64,000 nt of DNA from an uncultured Pelagibacteraceae bacterium (GTDB lineage Bacteria > Pseudomonadota > Alphaproteobacteria > Pelagibacterales > Pelagibacteraceae), in assembly GCA_902604785.1 (NCBI GenBank), contig CACLAC010000004.1, positions 1,526-65,525 on the forward strand, read 5' to 3'. Position 1 is the first letter of the stretch; the number at the start of each line of letters is the position of its first letter. A program made the translations under genes and the position numbers. This document shows positions 38,504 through 47,477 of this stretch, in pieces. The notes under the pieces are model-generated. The model was not told the origin of the DNA. It did no database searches and saw only the letters and a list, made by a program, of their open reading frames with translations.

Positions 38504-40845
38504 TAGTAAAAAGTTAAAAAATTATTTTTTGATATTTTATAATTTAAATTATCAATATCAATATTTTCTATATTTTCAATTTTTTCCTCTTTAAAAGATT
38601 CTATTATTGTTTTTTTTGATCCAAAATCTGCTTTTTTTCCAGTTATTGGATCAACAACCATCATTTTAATCCCTTTTGAAACTTTAAACGGTCTGGCTTC
38701 ATAATTGTTTACAGCTTTTTTAACAAATTTTTTAAATATTGGCATTGCAGCTCTTGACCCTGTTTCAATTTTGCCCAAACTTTTTGGATTATCGTGCCCT
38801 ACATAAACTCCAATAACTAAATTTGAAGTAAAACCTATAAACCATGCATCTGTATTTTTATTTGTTGTTCCAGTTTTTCCAGCAATTTGCAAATTCAAAT
38901 CTCTAAGACCTTTTGCTGTGCCTCTTTTTACTACCCCTTCTAATATTGATGTCATTTGATATGCCGTTTGAGGAGAAAAAATTGCTTTATAATTATTATT
39001 TATTTTTGGTATATTGTTTCCACTAAATGAAATCTGATCACAATTGTCACAAACTCTTTTTTCATTTTTAAATATTGTATTTCCTTCACTATCTTGAATT
39101 CTATCTATTAAAATAGGATCTACCAATTTACCTCCGTTAACAAAGGAACAATATGCTGTTGTCATTTTTATTAATGTTGTTTCTTCGGAGCCAAGTGAAA
39201 TTGACATAAGCTCTTTGGGATTTTCATAAATTTTAAGTTTTTTTGAAAATTTAACAATTTTATCAATTCCAATTTCTTGAGCCACTCTAACTGTCATTAA
39301 ATTTCTGGATTTTTCAACACCTGTTCTGAGAGTTGAGGGTCCATAAAATTTTTTACCGTAGTTTTCTGGTTTCCACATCTTTAAATCTGTTCCTTGATCA
39401 AGAACTATTGGAGCATCTAAAATTAAAGTTGAGGGAGTAAAATTATTTTCTAAAGCTAAAGCATAAATAAAAGGTTTAAATGCAGACCCTGGTTGTCTTA
39501 AAGCTTGGGTGGTTCTATTAAATTCACTTTTTTTAAAACTAAAACCTCCTGACATTGCTAAAACTCTGCCACTATAAGGATCCATTACAACTATTCCGCC
39601 ATTAGCTAATGGAACTTGTTTTAAACTATAATTTCCTTCATTTTTTTTTTTTACATATATAATGTCACCAATTTTAAATATTTGATTTAAATTTTTTCTA
39701 GTCCAATTAATATCTTCATTATTAATTATACCAGTTTTATTTGCTTGCGTTTCTATTACTGTTTCAAATTTATCAATTCTTTTTACAATTGCTATTTCCC
39801 AACCTATTGATTTTTCTAAATTAAATTTTTCTAATCCTTTTTTCCATTCATTATTTATTTTTTTATTTACAAGAGCCCCTCTCCACCCTCTTCTTTTGTC
39901 GTAGCTCTCCAATCCGTGCCTTAAAGCGTTTGTTGCTATATTTTGTAAATTTAAATCTATTGGAGTTTTAATATTAAAACCTTGTTTATAAACTCTATCA
40001 AAACCATAATTATTAATTACTTTTTTCCTTACCTCTTCAACAAAATATCTTGAATCTTCTAAATATATTCTTTTTCTTTTTCTTAATTTTATTTCAGATT
40101 TGATTATTTTATTATATTGATTTTTGTCTATATGTAAATTTTCCAAAAGATTTTTAACAACAAGGTTTCTTCTGAATTTAGCAAGTTTCTCATTTTTATA
40201 AGGATTATATTTGCTTGGAGCTTTGGGCAACGCTGCCAAAAGTGCAGCTTCAGAATAATTTAATTCATTTATTGATTTATCAAAATACCTTAAGCTTGCT
40301 GATGCTATGCCATAACTTCCTTCTCCTAAATATATTTGATTTAAATATAATTCTAATATCCTCTCTTTTGTCAAAGCCCTTTCAATTCTGAATGCAAGAA
40401 TTGCTTCTTTAATTTTTCTATCAATACTTACCTCGTTGGATAATAAAAAATTTTTTGCTACCTGTTGGGTAATTGTAGATGCTCCTTCTAATCTTTTTGA
40501 GTTTAAAAGATTGAATAGATTGTTTTTAAATGCTCTTATTACTCCTTTTGCATCTACTCCAGGGTGTCTAAAAAAATTTTTATCTTCTGCAGATAAAAAA
40601 GAGTTTATAACCACATGAGGTATAGACTCAAAAGGAACGAAAATTCTCTTTTCTGTAGAAAAATCACTTACGAGTACCCCATCTCCAGAATAAAGCTTGC
40701 TGGAGACTGGGGGTTTGTAGTTTTTTAGATATCTATAATCTGGCAATTTATTAGAATAAATCCATAATACTGAAATAATTGATAATAAAAAAAGTACAGA
40801 TATTAAGGAAAAAAAAATAAGTATTTTTTTTATTAAAGAGATCAT
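38503..40845 (-). CDS. mrcA: Penicillin-binding protein 1A
   Basis: EDKNF..H.G and GASTITQQ glycosyltransferase motifs; SAFK, SRN and KTG transpeptidase motifs. Confidence 0.96.
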   Translation of the reverse strand: MISLIKKILIFFSLISVLFLLSIISVLWIYSNKLPDYRYLKNYKPPVSSKLYSGDGVLVSDFSTEKRIFVPFESIPHVVINSFLSAEDKNFFRHPGVDAKGVIRAFKNNLFNLLNSKRLEGASTITQQVAKNFLLSNEVSIDRKIKEAILAFRIERALTKERILELYLNQIYLGEGSYGIASASLRYFDKSINELNYSEAALLAALPKAPSKYNPYKNEKLAKFRRNLVVKNLLENLHIDKNQYNKIIKSEIKLRKRKRIYLEDSRYFVEEVRKKVINNYGFDRVYKQGFNIKTPIDLNLQNIATNALRHGLESYDKRRGWRGALVNKKINNEWKKGLEKFNLEKSIGWEIAIVKRIDKFETVIETQANKTGIINNEDINWTRKNLNQIFKIGDIIYVKKKNEGNYSLKQVPLANGGIVVMDPYSGRVLAMSGGFSFKKSEFNRTTQALRQPGSAFKPFIYALALENNFTPSTLILDAPIVLDQGTDLKMWKPENYGKKFYGPSTLRTGVEKSRNLMTVRVAQEIGIDKIVKFSKKLKIYENPKELMSISLGSEETTLIKMTTAYCSFVNGGKLVDPILIDRIQDSEGNTIFKNEKRVCDNCDQISFSGNNIPKINNNYKAIFSPQTAYQMTSILEGVVKRGTAKGLRDLNLQIAGKTGTTNKNTDAWFIGFTSNLVIGVYVGHDNPKSLGKIETGSRAAMPIFKKFVKKAVNNYEARPFKVSKGIKMMVVDPITGKKADFGSKKTIIESFKEEKIENIENIDIDNLNYKISKNNFLTFY

Positions 40846-40924
40846 TTTAGTATAATTTATTTAATGAATTTGTTATTGTTGTGGCACAGAATTTAAAAAA
40901 AACTATGAAAATATATCAAAAATT

Positions 40925-42670
40925 ATGTCGAAAAATTTATACATTGATGCATCGCATCCAAATGAAGTTAGAGTTGTTCTTAAAAGTGAAAAACATATTG
41001 AAGATTACGAATATGAAAGTGTAAACAATACACTAATTAAAAATAATATTTATTTAGGAAAAGTAAGTAGAATAGAACCATCTTTACAAGCTGCATTCGT
41101 TGATTTTGGTAGAGAACGACATGGATTTTTATCATTTAATGATATTCAGTCTGACTATTATCAAATTCCTCAAAGTGATTTAGATAAAATTAAAAAAGAA
41201 GAAGAAAAAGCTAGGGAAGAACTCTCGAAAGAAAGTGAAAATATCGAAAATAAAATTTTAGAGGGAGAAAATAATATTGAGATTAATGATCCAGTAGAAA
41301 AAAAAGATGAAGTTGAAGAAGCAGAGAGAAAAAAATTTCGTCCAAAAAGATACAAAATTCAAGAAGTAATTAAACCTAATCAAGTTATTTTGGTACAGGT
41401 CCTAAAAGATGAAAGAGGTTTTAAAGGTGCTGCATTAAGTACGTTCATATCTATAGCAGGTAAATATATTGTATTAATGCCCAACACTGCGAAAGGCGGC
41501 GGTATATCGAGAAAAATTTTTAATCCCGTTGAAAGAAAAAAAATCAGAAATATCTTAAATGAAATAGAAATTCCAAAAGAAATGGGAATTATTGTAAGAA
41601 CTGCGGGATTAAACAAAACAAAAAATGAAATAGATAATGATTTAAAAAATTTAATTTCAGTTTGGAATTCAATTAAAGAAAATGCAATGAACTCTATTGC
41701 GCCAACATTAATTCATCAAGAAAGTGATATAATAAAAAGAAGTATTAGAGATATGTATGATGAGGAAACTCAAAATATAGTTGTTGAAGGAAATGAGGGT
41801 TATCAAAAAACTAAAAATTATATGAAGCTAATGATGCCTAAACAATTAAAAAAAGTAAAAAAATACAGAGAAAAAACTCCATTATTTTTTAAAGAAAATA
41901 TTGAAAAAAAACTTTTTGAAATTTTTAAATCTGAAGTAAAACTTAACTCTGGGGGTTATTTAGTTATAAACCCTACAGAGGCTCTAGTTTCAATTGATGT
42001 CAATTCAGGTAAGTCAATAAAACAAAAAAATGTCGAAAGTACTGCTTTGGATACTAATTTGGAAGCCGCTGAAGAAATAGCTAGACAAATAAAAATTAGA
42101 GATCTTTCGGGCTTAATAATTATTGATTTTATAGATATGTTAAATTACGGAAATCGAAAACAGATAGAAAGAAAAATAAAAGAAAGATGTAGAAATGATA
42201 GAGCAAGAATCCAAATAGGTAGAATAAGTAACTTTGGTCTGCTTGAAATGTCTAGACAGAGATTAAGAGAAAGCAATGTAAAATGGTCAATTAAATTAAC
42301 TAATGAGTCATTTGCATTAAAATTATTAAAAATGATTGAAATAAAAACAATAGAAAATAATGCAAAAATTATCGAACTACAAATAAACAATAAAATTTCT
42401 AGTTTTATTGAAGATAACTTTAAAGAAGACGTAAAGTATTTTGAAAAAAAAAATAAAGTAAAAATTAATATAAATTCTAATGATAAATTAAATTTATCAG
42501 AATATTTAATCGAATATAAATCGAAGTCAAAAAAGATGATAGATAAAGTAGAAAATTTAGAAAATTTAAAAAAAGTAATAATTGAAAAAAAAAGCGATAA
42601 AAAAATCCAAAACCTTAGAAAAAAAAGCTTTAGAAAAAAAAAATATAAAAAAACTTTTGTAAAAAAATAA
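40925..42670 (+). CDS. rne: Ribonuclease E/G (compact; no Zn-link, no long scaffold)
   Basis: NIYLGKV.RIEPSLQAAFVDFG, IDVNSG, DLSGLIIIDFIDM and GLLEMSRQR motifs. Confidence 0.96.
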   Translation: MSKNLYIDASHPNEVRVVLKSEKHIEDYEYESVNNTLIKNNIYLGKVSRIEPSLQAAFVDFGRERHGFLSFNDIQSDYYQIPQSDLDKIKKEEEKAREELSKESENIENKILEGENNIEINDPVEKKDEVEEAERKKFRPKRYKIQEVIKPNQVILVQVLKDERGFKGAALSTFISIAGKYIVLMPNTAKGGGISRKIFNPVERKKIRNILNEIEIPKEMGIIVRTAGLNKTKNEIDNDLKNLISVWNSIKENAMNSIAPTLIHQESDIIKRSIRDMYDEETQNIVVEGNEGYQKTKNYMKLMMPKQLKKVKKYREKTPLFFKENIEKKLFEIFKSEVKLNSGGYLVINPTEALVSIDVNSGKSIKQKNVESTALDTNLEAAEEIARQIKIRDLSGLIIIDFIDMLNYGNRKQIERKIKERCRNDRARIQIGRISNFGLLEMSRQRLRESNVKWSIKLTNESFALKLLKMIEIKTIENNAKIIELQINNKISSFIEDNFKEDVKYFEKKNKVKININSNDKLNLSEYLIEYKSKSKKMIDKVENLENLKKVIIEKKSDKKIQNLRKKSFRKKKYKKTFVKK

Positions 42671-43447
42671 CTAAATTAATCCTTTACTACTAGTTGAGGC
42701 AGATCCAAATAGGTTGGGCTTAATTCTGCCTGAAAGAAAAGATTTTCTTCCAGCAATTACAGCAAACTTCATTGCTTCTGCCATTTCAAAAGGTTTTTTC
42801 GCTTTTGCAATTGCTGTGTTTATTAGAACTCCATCACAACCTAATTCCATAGCTACTACTGCATCAGATGCTTGTCCTATTCCCGCATCAACAATTAATG
42901 GAAGTTTTATTTGAGATCTAATTATTTTTAAGTTTATTTTGTTTTGAATGCCTAATCCAGATCCAATAGGTGCCGCTAAAGGCATTATAGCACAAGCACC
43001 CACATTCTCCAATCTCTTTGCCATAAGAGGATCGTCATTACAATATACCATAACATCAAATCCTTCTTTGGTTAAAATTTCTGTAGACTTTAAAGTTTCA
43101 ATTGTATCAGGAAATAAATTTTTTCTATCACCTAAAACTTCTAGTTTTACTAGCTTCCATCCTCCAATTTCTCTAGCGAGTCTTAATGTTCTAAGAGCTT
43201 CATCAGAAGTAAAACAACCAGCGGTATTTGGTAAATAAGTAATTTTTTTTGGATCTATATAATCCATTAACAATGGTTTTGATTTGTCAGAGATATTTAC
43301 TCTTCTTACTGCAACGGTAACCATATCGGCACCAGATATTTTTATTGCTTTTGCACATTCTGTCATATTTTTATATTTGCCAGTTCCAACTATTAGTCTA
43401 GAGGAAAATTTTTTTCTACCTACTATAAATTCATCTTTTTTATTCAT
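42671..43447 (-). CDS. thiG: Thiazole synthase
   Basis: SRLIVGTGKY, LPNTAGC, KLEVL, MPLAAPIGSG and VDAGIG motifs. Confidence 0.97.
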   Translation of the reverse strand: MNKKDEFIVGRKKFSSRLIVGTGKYKNMTECAKAIKISGADMVTVAVRRVNISDKSKPLLMDYIDPKKITYLPNTAGCFTSDEALRTLRLAREIGGWKLVKLEVLGDRKNLFPDTIETLKSTEILTKEGFDVMVYCNDDPLMAKRLENVGACAIMPLAAPIGSGLGIQNKINLKIIRSQIKLPLIVDAGIGQASDAVVAMELGCDGVLINTAIAKAKKPFEMAEAMKFAVIAGRKSFLSGRIKPNLFGSASTSSKGLI

Positions 43448-43665
43448 TAGCCCCCACCAATAAAATTAACAATTTCAATTTTGTCTCCAGATTTCAAAAT
43501 AATTTTACTTATTCTTTTCTTGTTTACAATTTGCCTATTTAGCTCAATAGCCACCTTTTTAATTGGTAATTTTAACTTATCGATTAGATTTTTTAATGAA
43601 TATTTTAAATTTACAGTCATTTGCTTACCGTTGACTATAATTTTTATTTTATTTTTTTTTCTCAT
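43447..43665 (-). CDS. thiS: Sulfur carrier ThiS
   Basis: VNG, VAIELN, GDKIEIV and C-terminal GG; likely ATG at 43665. Confidence 0.93.
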   Translation of the reverse strand: MRKKNKIKIIVNGKQMTVNLKYSLKNLIDKLKLPIKKVAIELNRQIVNKKRISKIILKSGDKIEIVNFIGGG

Positions 43666-43681
43666 AGAATATAAGGTTTTT

Positions 43682-44125
43682 GTGAGCAAAATACTAATTA
43701 TCAATGGTCCAAATCTTAATCTATTAGGCGAAAGAGAACAATCACAATATGGAAAAAAAGATTATAAATTTTTAGAAGAAAATTGTTTAAATAGAGCTAA
43801 GGAATTAAAAATAGACTTAGAACTTAAACAATCTAATGTTGAAGGTGAAATTGTAAACATTATACAAGAAGCTAGAAATACTCATGATGGAATAATTATT
43901 AATGCTGGAGGATACACGCACACTTCAGTAGCTATTAGAGATGCTTTAAATGTTTTTAAAAAACCTATTATAGAACTACATATATCAAACATTTATAAAA
44001 GAGAAGATTTTAGACATAAGTCATTAATAAGTGATATTGCTACTGGTGGTATTTTTGGACTTGGTGTAGATGGATATATTTTGGCCATAAATTCAATGCA
44101 AAAGTTATTGCAAAATGGAAATTGA
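43682..44125 (+). CDS. aroQ: Type II 3-dehydroquinate dehydratase
   Basis: NGPNLNLLG.RE...YG, HTS.AIRDA and ELHISN motifs; true start is GTG at 43682. Confidence 0.96.
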   Translation: MSKILIINGPNLNLLGEREQSQYGKKDYKFLEENCLNRAKELKIDLELKQSNVEGEIVNIIQEARNTHDGIIINAGGYTHTSVAIRDALNVFKKPIIELHISNIYKREDFRHKSLISDIATGGIFGLGVDGYILAINSMQKLLQNGN

Positions 44126-44471
44126 TAAAAAAATAATATTAAAACTAGTCCAAGCACTAGAAGATTTAAAAAAATCTTTAAAGGGTATTGATATAGATAC
44201 AAAAGAACATTCTGTAGAAGAAGAAATTGAAGTTTTAGGTACAGTTGTAAAAAGTCCAATAGTTGGAACTGCTTATCTTGCACCTGAGCCTGGAGGAAAA
44301 AAATTCGTTGAGATTGGAAAAAAAATTAAAAAAGGTGATACTATAATGATAGTTGAAGCAATGAAAACTATGAACCATGTTCCTTCAACCTCAGACGGAG
44401 TTGTTAAAGAAATTTCTGTTGAAGATGGCCAGCCAGTAGAATTTGGTCAAAAACTTATAATTCTCGAGTAA
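44115..44471 (+). CDS. accB: Biotin carboxyl carrier protein (short form)
   Basis: SPIVGTAY, EAMKTMN biotinylation motif and VEFGQ. Confidence 0.95.
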   Translation: MEIDKKIILKLVQALEDLKKSLKGIDIDTKEHSVEEEIEVLGTVVKSPIVGTAYLAPEPGGKKFVEIGKKIKKGDTIMIVEAMKTMNHVPSTSDGVVKEISVEDGQPVEFGQKLIILE

Positions 44472-45808
44472 TGTTCAAAAAAATTCTAGTCGCTAATCGA
44501 GGTGAAATTGCAGTAAGAATAATAAGGGCTTGTAAAGAATGGGGCATATCAACTGTAGCAATTCACTCGGATGTGGATAAAAATAGTATGCACGTGAGAT
44601 TAGCAGATGAAAGTGTTTGTGTTGGAACGCATCATCCAGCTAATAGTTACTTAAATATTCCATCAATAATGTCTGCTATTGAACTAACTAATGCCGATGC
44701 AGTTCATCCTGGATATGGTTTTTTATCTGAAAATGCAGAATTTGCAAAAATCTTAGAAGATTATAAAATTAAGTTTATTGGACCATCATCAAAATTAATA
44801 AGTATGATGGGTGATAAAATTCAAGCAAAAATCATTGCAAAAAAACATGGTTTGCCAGTTATCGAGGGTTCTGAAGGTGGTGTTTCAGATATAATTGAGG
44901 CAAAAAAAATTATTCAAAATATAGGTTTTCCAGTGCTTATAAAAGCTGCAGGTGGAGGTGGTGGAAAAGGAATGAAAATAGTTAATAAAGAAGAAGAATT
45001 TGAAAATTTATTTTTAACAGCAAAATTAGAGGCAAAAAAGTTTTTTGGAAATGATGAAGTTTATATTGAGAAATTTTTTCAAAATCCTAGACACATAGAA
45101 GTTCAGGTACTATCAGGAAAAAATAGAACTGTTCATCTACATGAAAGAGATTGTTCCGTACAAAGAAGGCATCAAAAACTTGTAGAAGAAACACCAAGTC
45201 CGATATTAAATAATGAATTAAGACAAGATCTTTTTGATAAAACTGTAAAAATGGTAAGTCAAATTGGTTATGAAGGAGCTGGAACAGTAGAATATATATA
45301 TGAGAATAATAGATTTTACTTTCTAGAAATGAATACAAGAGTTCAAGTTGAACATCCGGTTACAGAAATGGTTACTGGAATAGATATTATAAAGGAGCAA
45401 ATTAACATTGCTTTCACTGGAGAAACTGCTTTAAAACAAGAAGATGTTAAACCGAGAGGTCATGCTATAGAATGTAGAATAAATGCTGAAGACGCTAGTA
45501 AAAATTTTCAACCATCTCCTGGAACAATAGGAATGTGTCATCAACCTTCAGGATTTAGAACTAGAGTAGATGGATCAATTTATCAAGGTTATAAAGTTAC
45601 ACCATACTACGATAGCATGATATGCAAACTTATATGTCACGGAAGAAATAGAACTGAAGCAATTCAAAGAATGAAAAGATCTCTGGATGAGTTTGTTATT
45701 GACGGAATCAAAACAACAATTGATTTACATAAAAAGCTTCTTGATCACAAAAAATTTATTTCATCAGATTTTAATGTTGGATGGTTAGATAACGAGAAAA
45801 TTATTTAA
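44471..45808 (+). CDS. accC: Biotin carboxylase
   Basis: ANRGEIA, HPGYGFLSEN, GGGGKGM, ERDCSVQRRHQK and EMNTRVQVEHPVTE motifs. Confidence 0.98.
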   Translation: MFKKILVANRGEIAVRIIRACKEWGISTVAIHSDVDKNSMHVRLADESVCVGTHHPANSYLNIPSIMSAIELTNADAVHPGYGFLSENAEFAKILEDYKIKFIGPSSKLISMMGDKIQAKIIAKKHGLPVIEGSEGGVSDIIEAKKIIQNIGFPVLIKAAGGGGGKGMKIVNKEEEFENLFLTAKLEAKKFFGNDEVYIEKFFQNPRHIEVQVLSGKNRTVHLHERDCSVQRRHQKLVEETPSPILNNELRQDLFDKTVKMVSQIGYEGAGTVEYIYENNRFYFLEMNTRVQVEHPVTEMVTGIDIIKEQINIAFTGETALKQEDVKPRGHAIECRINAEDASKNFQPSPGTIGMCHQPSGFRTRVDGSIYQGYKVTPYYDSMICKLICHGRNRTEAIQRMKRSLDEFVIDGIKTTIDLHKKLLDHKKFISSDFNVGWLDNEKII

Positions 45809-46212
45809 CTATAACACTTTTTAAGCCATATATCATAAACTGGATGATCAAAAGGTCTAATGGAAGGACTAGAGGCAAAAGTCCAGCCATTAAAAATATA
45901 TACTTTATCATTATTTGTTGATTTTAAATCTTTTACCTGCATGTACGCAGTAATTTCAGGATCATCATCAAATTTTGAATTTTGACATTTTAAGACGTTA
46001 ATTAACAAATTTTGGAAAATTAATTCCTTTCCTATTTTAATTGTGACACTTGAGGTCTTTGAACTAACTTTGTCCAATATATTTAGTTCTGCATATTTTT
46101 CATTTATTTTAGCTGAGTCTGAATAGGCATTTAAACTTAATAATTTAAAAATAAATAGTATAAAAGTAACTTTCTTAGCTTTTCCAAGAATTGTATTTTT
46201 TTTTAATTGCAT
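45805..46212 (-). CDS. DUF2155-like protein
   Basis: LDKVS and IFNGW.FASSP....FDHPVYDIWL..C motifs. Confidence 0.85.
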   Translation of the reverse strand: MQLKKNTILGKAKKVTFILFIFKLLSLNAYSDSAKINEKYAELNILDKVSSKTSSVTIKIGKELIFQNLLINVLKCQNSKFDDDPEITAYMQVKDLKSTNNDKVYIFNGWTFASSPSIRPFDHPVYDIWLKKCYS

Positions 46213-46534
46213 TTTTATTTTTTTTTGGATGGTATGAATTTTCAGTACCTGTTTGATTTGGCAAATGTTCTTTTTGCCATTTATATTTTTTTAAATCTTG
46301 GGAATTTTCTATTTTATTATTAATATGATGCATCCACGAATACCATTTGTCAGGTATCTTAGAAGCTTCAATCTCTCCATTATAAATTACCCATCTTTTT
46401 CCAGTTTTACTTTGATAATATTTATTTCCACTTTCATCTTTTCCCACATATTTTCCATAAAAAAAAGTTTGAATTCTTGTTCCAAGAGTTTGATGATTCC
46501 ACCAAGTGAAAATTTCTTTAAAGATTGTCAACAT
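46175..46534 (-). CDS. NDUFA12-family complex I accessory subunit
   Basis: FTWW..QT.GT, VGKDESGNKYY, RWVIYNG..EAS.IP..WYSWMH and H.PN.TGT motifs. Confidence 0.93.
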   Translation of the reverse strand: MLTIFKEIFTWWNHQTLGTRIQTFFYGKYVGKDESGNKYYQSKTGKRWVIYNGEIEASKIPDKWYSWMHHINNKIENSQDLKKYKWQKEHLPNQTGTENSYHPKKNKNAIKKKYNSWKS

Positions 46535-46643
46535 AAAAATAAATTTTTATTTCAATTTCAAATTGTAAAGAATAAATTAGACTAATAATTAAATTTGTAT
46601 ATAAATAATTTATTAAAAATTCAAATTTATAAAAATAAAAATT

Positions 46644-47477
46644 ATGGCAAAATATTTAGTAGAAACTTATTATACTTGTAACATAAAAGTAAGTCATTAT
46701 CTAGACGATATAAGCGAGAATTCTCTTAAAAATTTAGAGAAACAAGAAGATGGCAAATTTGAAATTCTAGATATGAAACTAGACAATAGAAAAACAAAAA
46801 ATCTTGATAATAAAGATAATAAAAAAATTGATCCTATTGAAAATGAAAAAGAAAAAATAGTTTTAAATAATTCTAAGTTACAAAAACCTAAATTAAATAA
46901 TAATTTTGTTGGAAACGTTAAAGAAAGTTTGGGTAAAAGATTTAGTATGCCAGATCGAAGAAAAGGTTACATTCAAAAAGCTTCAATAGGGAATCATAAA
47001 GTGTATTTGCATACAGGAGAATATGAGGATGGTAAGATCGGAGAAATATTTATTGATACAAGTAAGGAAGGTGAATTAGTAAAAGCTCTAATGAACAATT
47101 TTGCAATATCCATATCTTTAGGTTTACAGTATGGTGTCCCTCTTGATGAATTTGTTAATGCTTATGTAGATACAAAATTTGAACCTTCGGGTAAAGTTTA
47201 CGGAAATGATAGAATTTTAAGTGCAACGTCTATACTAGATTATATATTTAGAGAACTTGCAATTTCATATCTTAATAGAGAAGACTTAGCTCATACACCT
47301 TCGATAGGGGGTATCGAAAAATCTGAAGAAAATAACACTGAAGAAAATTCGGAAAGCCAAAATCAGTTTTTAAAACTAGTTAAAGATATAACAAGTAAAG
47401 GCTTTGTAAGAAGTGATTATAAAAGAAAACTTGTTGATCTTTCAGATATTAGAATAAGTCTTAAGGGAAAAAAATAA
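46644..47477 (+). CDS. Stand-alone NrdJ C-terminal (TSCPD-like) domain protein with unrelated N-terminus
   Basis: [41 protein letters not shown] and [15 protein letters not shown]; no RNR catalytic barrel. Confidence 0.82.
   Translation: MAKYLVETYYTCNIKVSHYLDDISENSLKNLEKQEDGKFEILDMKLDNRKTKNLDNKDNKKIDPIENEKEKIVLNNSKLQKPKLNNNFVGNVKESLGKRFSMPDRRKGYIQKASIGNHKVYLHTGEYEDGKIGEIFIDTSKEGELVKALMNNFAISISLGLQYGVPLDEFVNAYVDTKFEPSGKVYGNDRILSATSILDYIFRELAISYLNREDLAHTPSIGGIEKSEENNTEENSESQNQFLKLVKDITSKGFVRSDYKRKLVDLSDIRISLKGKK

Noticed and set aside
43481-43681. 67-aa N-terminal extension of AroQ
   Set aside because: It is the antisense of thiS; homology begins at GTG 43682
43447-43704. TPP riboswitch upstream of thiSG
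   Set aside because: Only 16 bp of intergenic space and no TPP consensus
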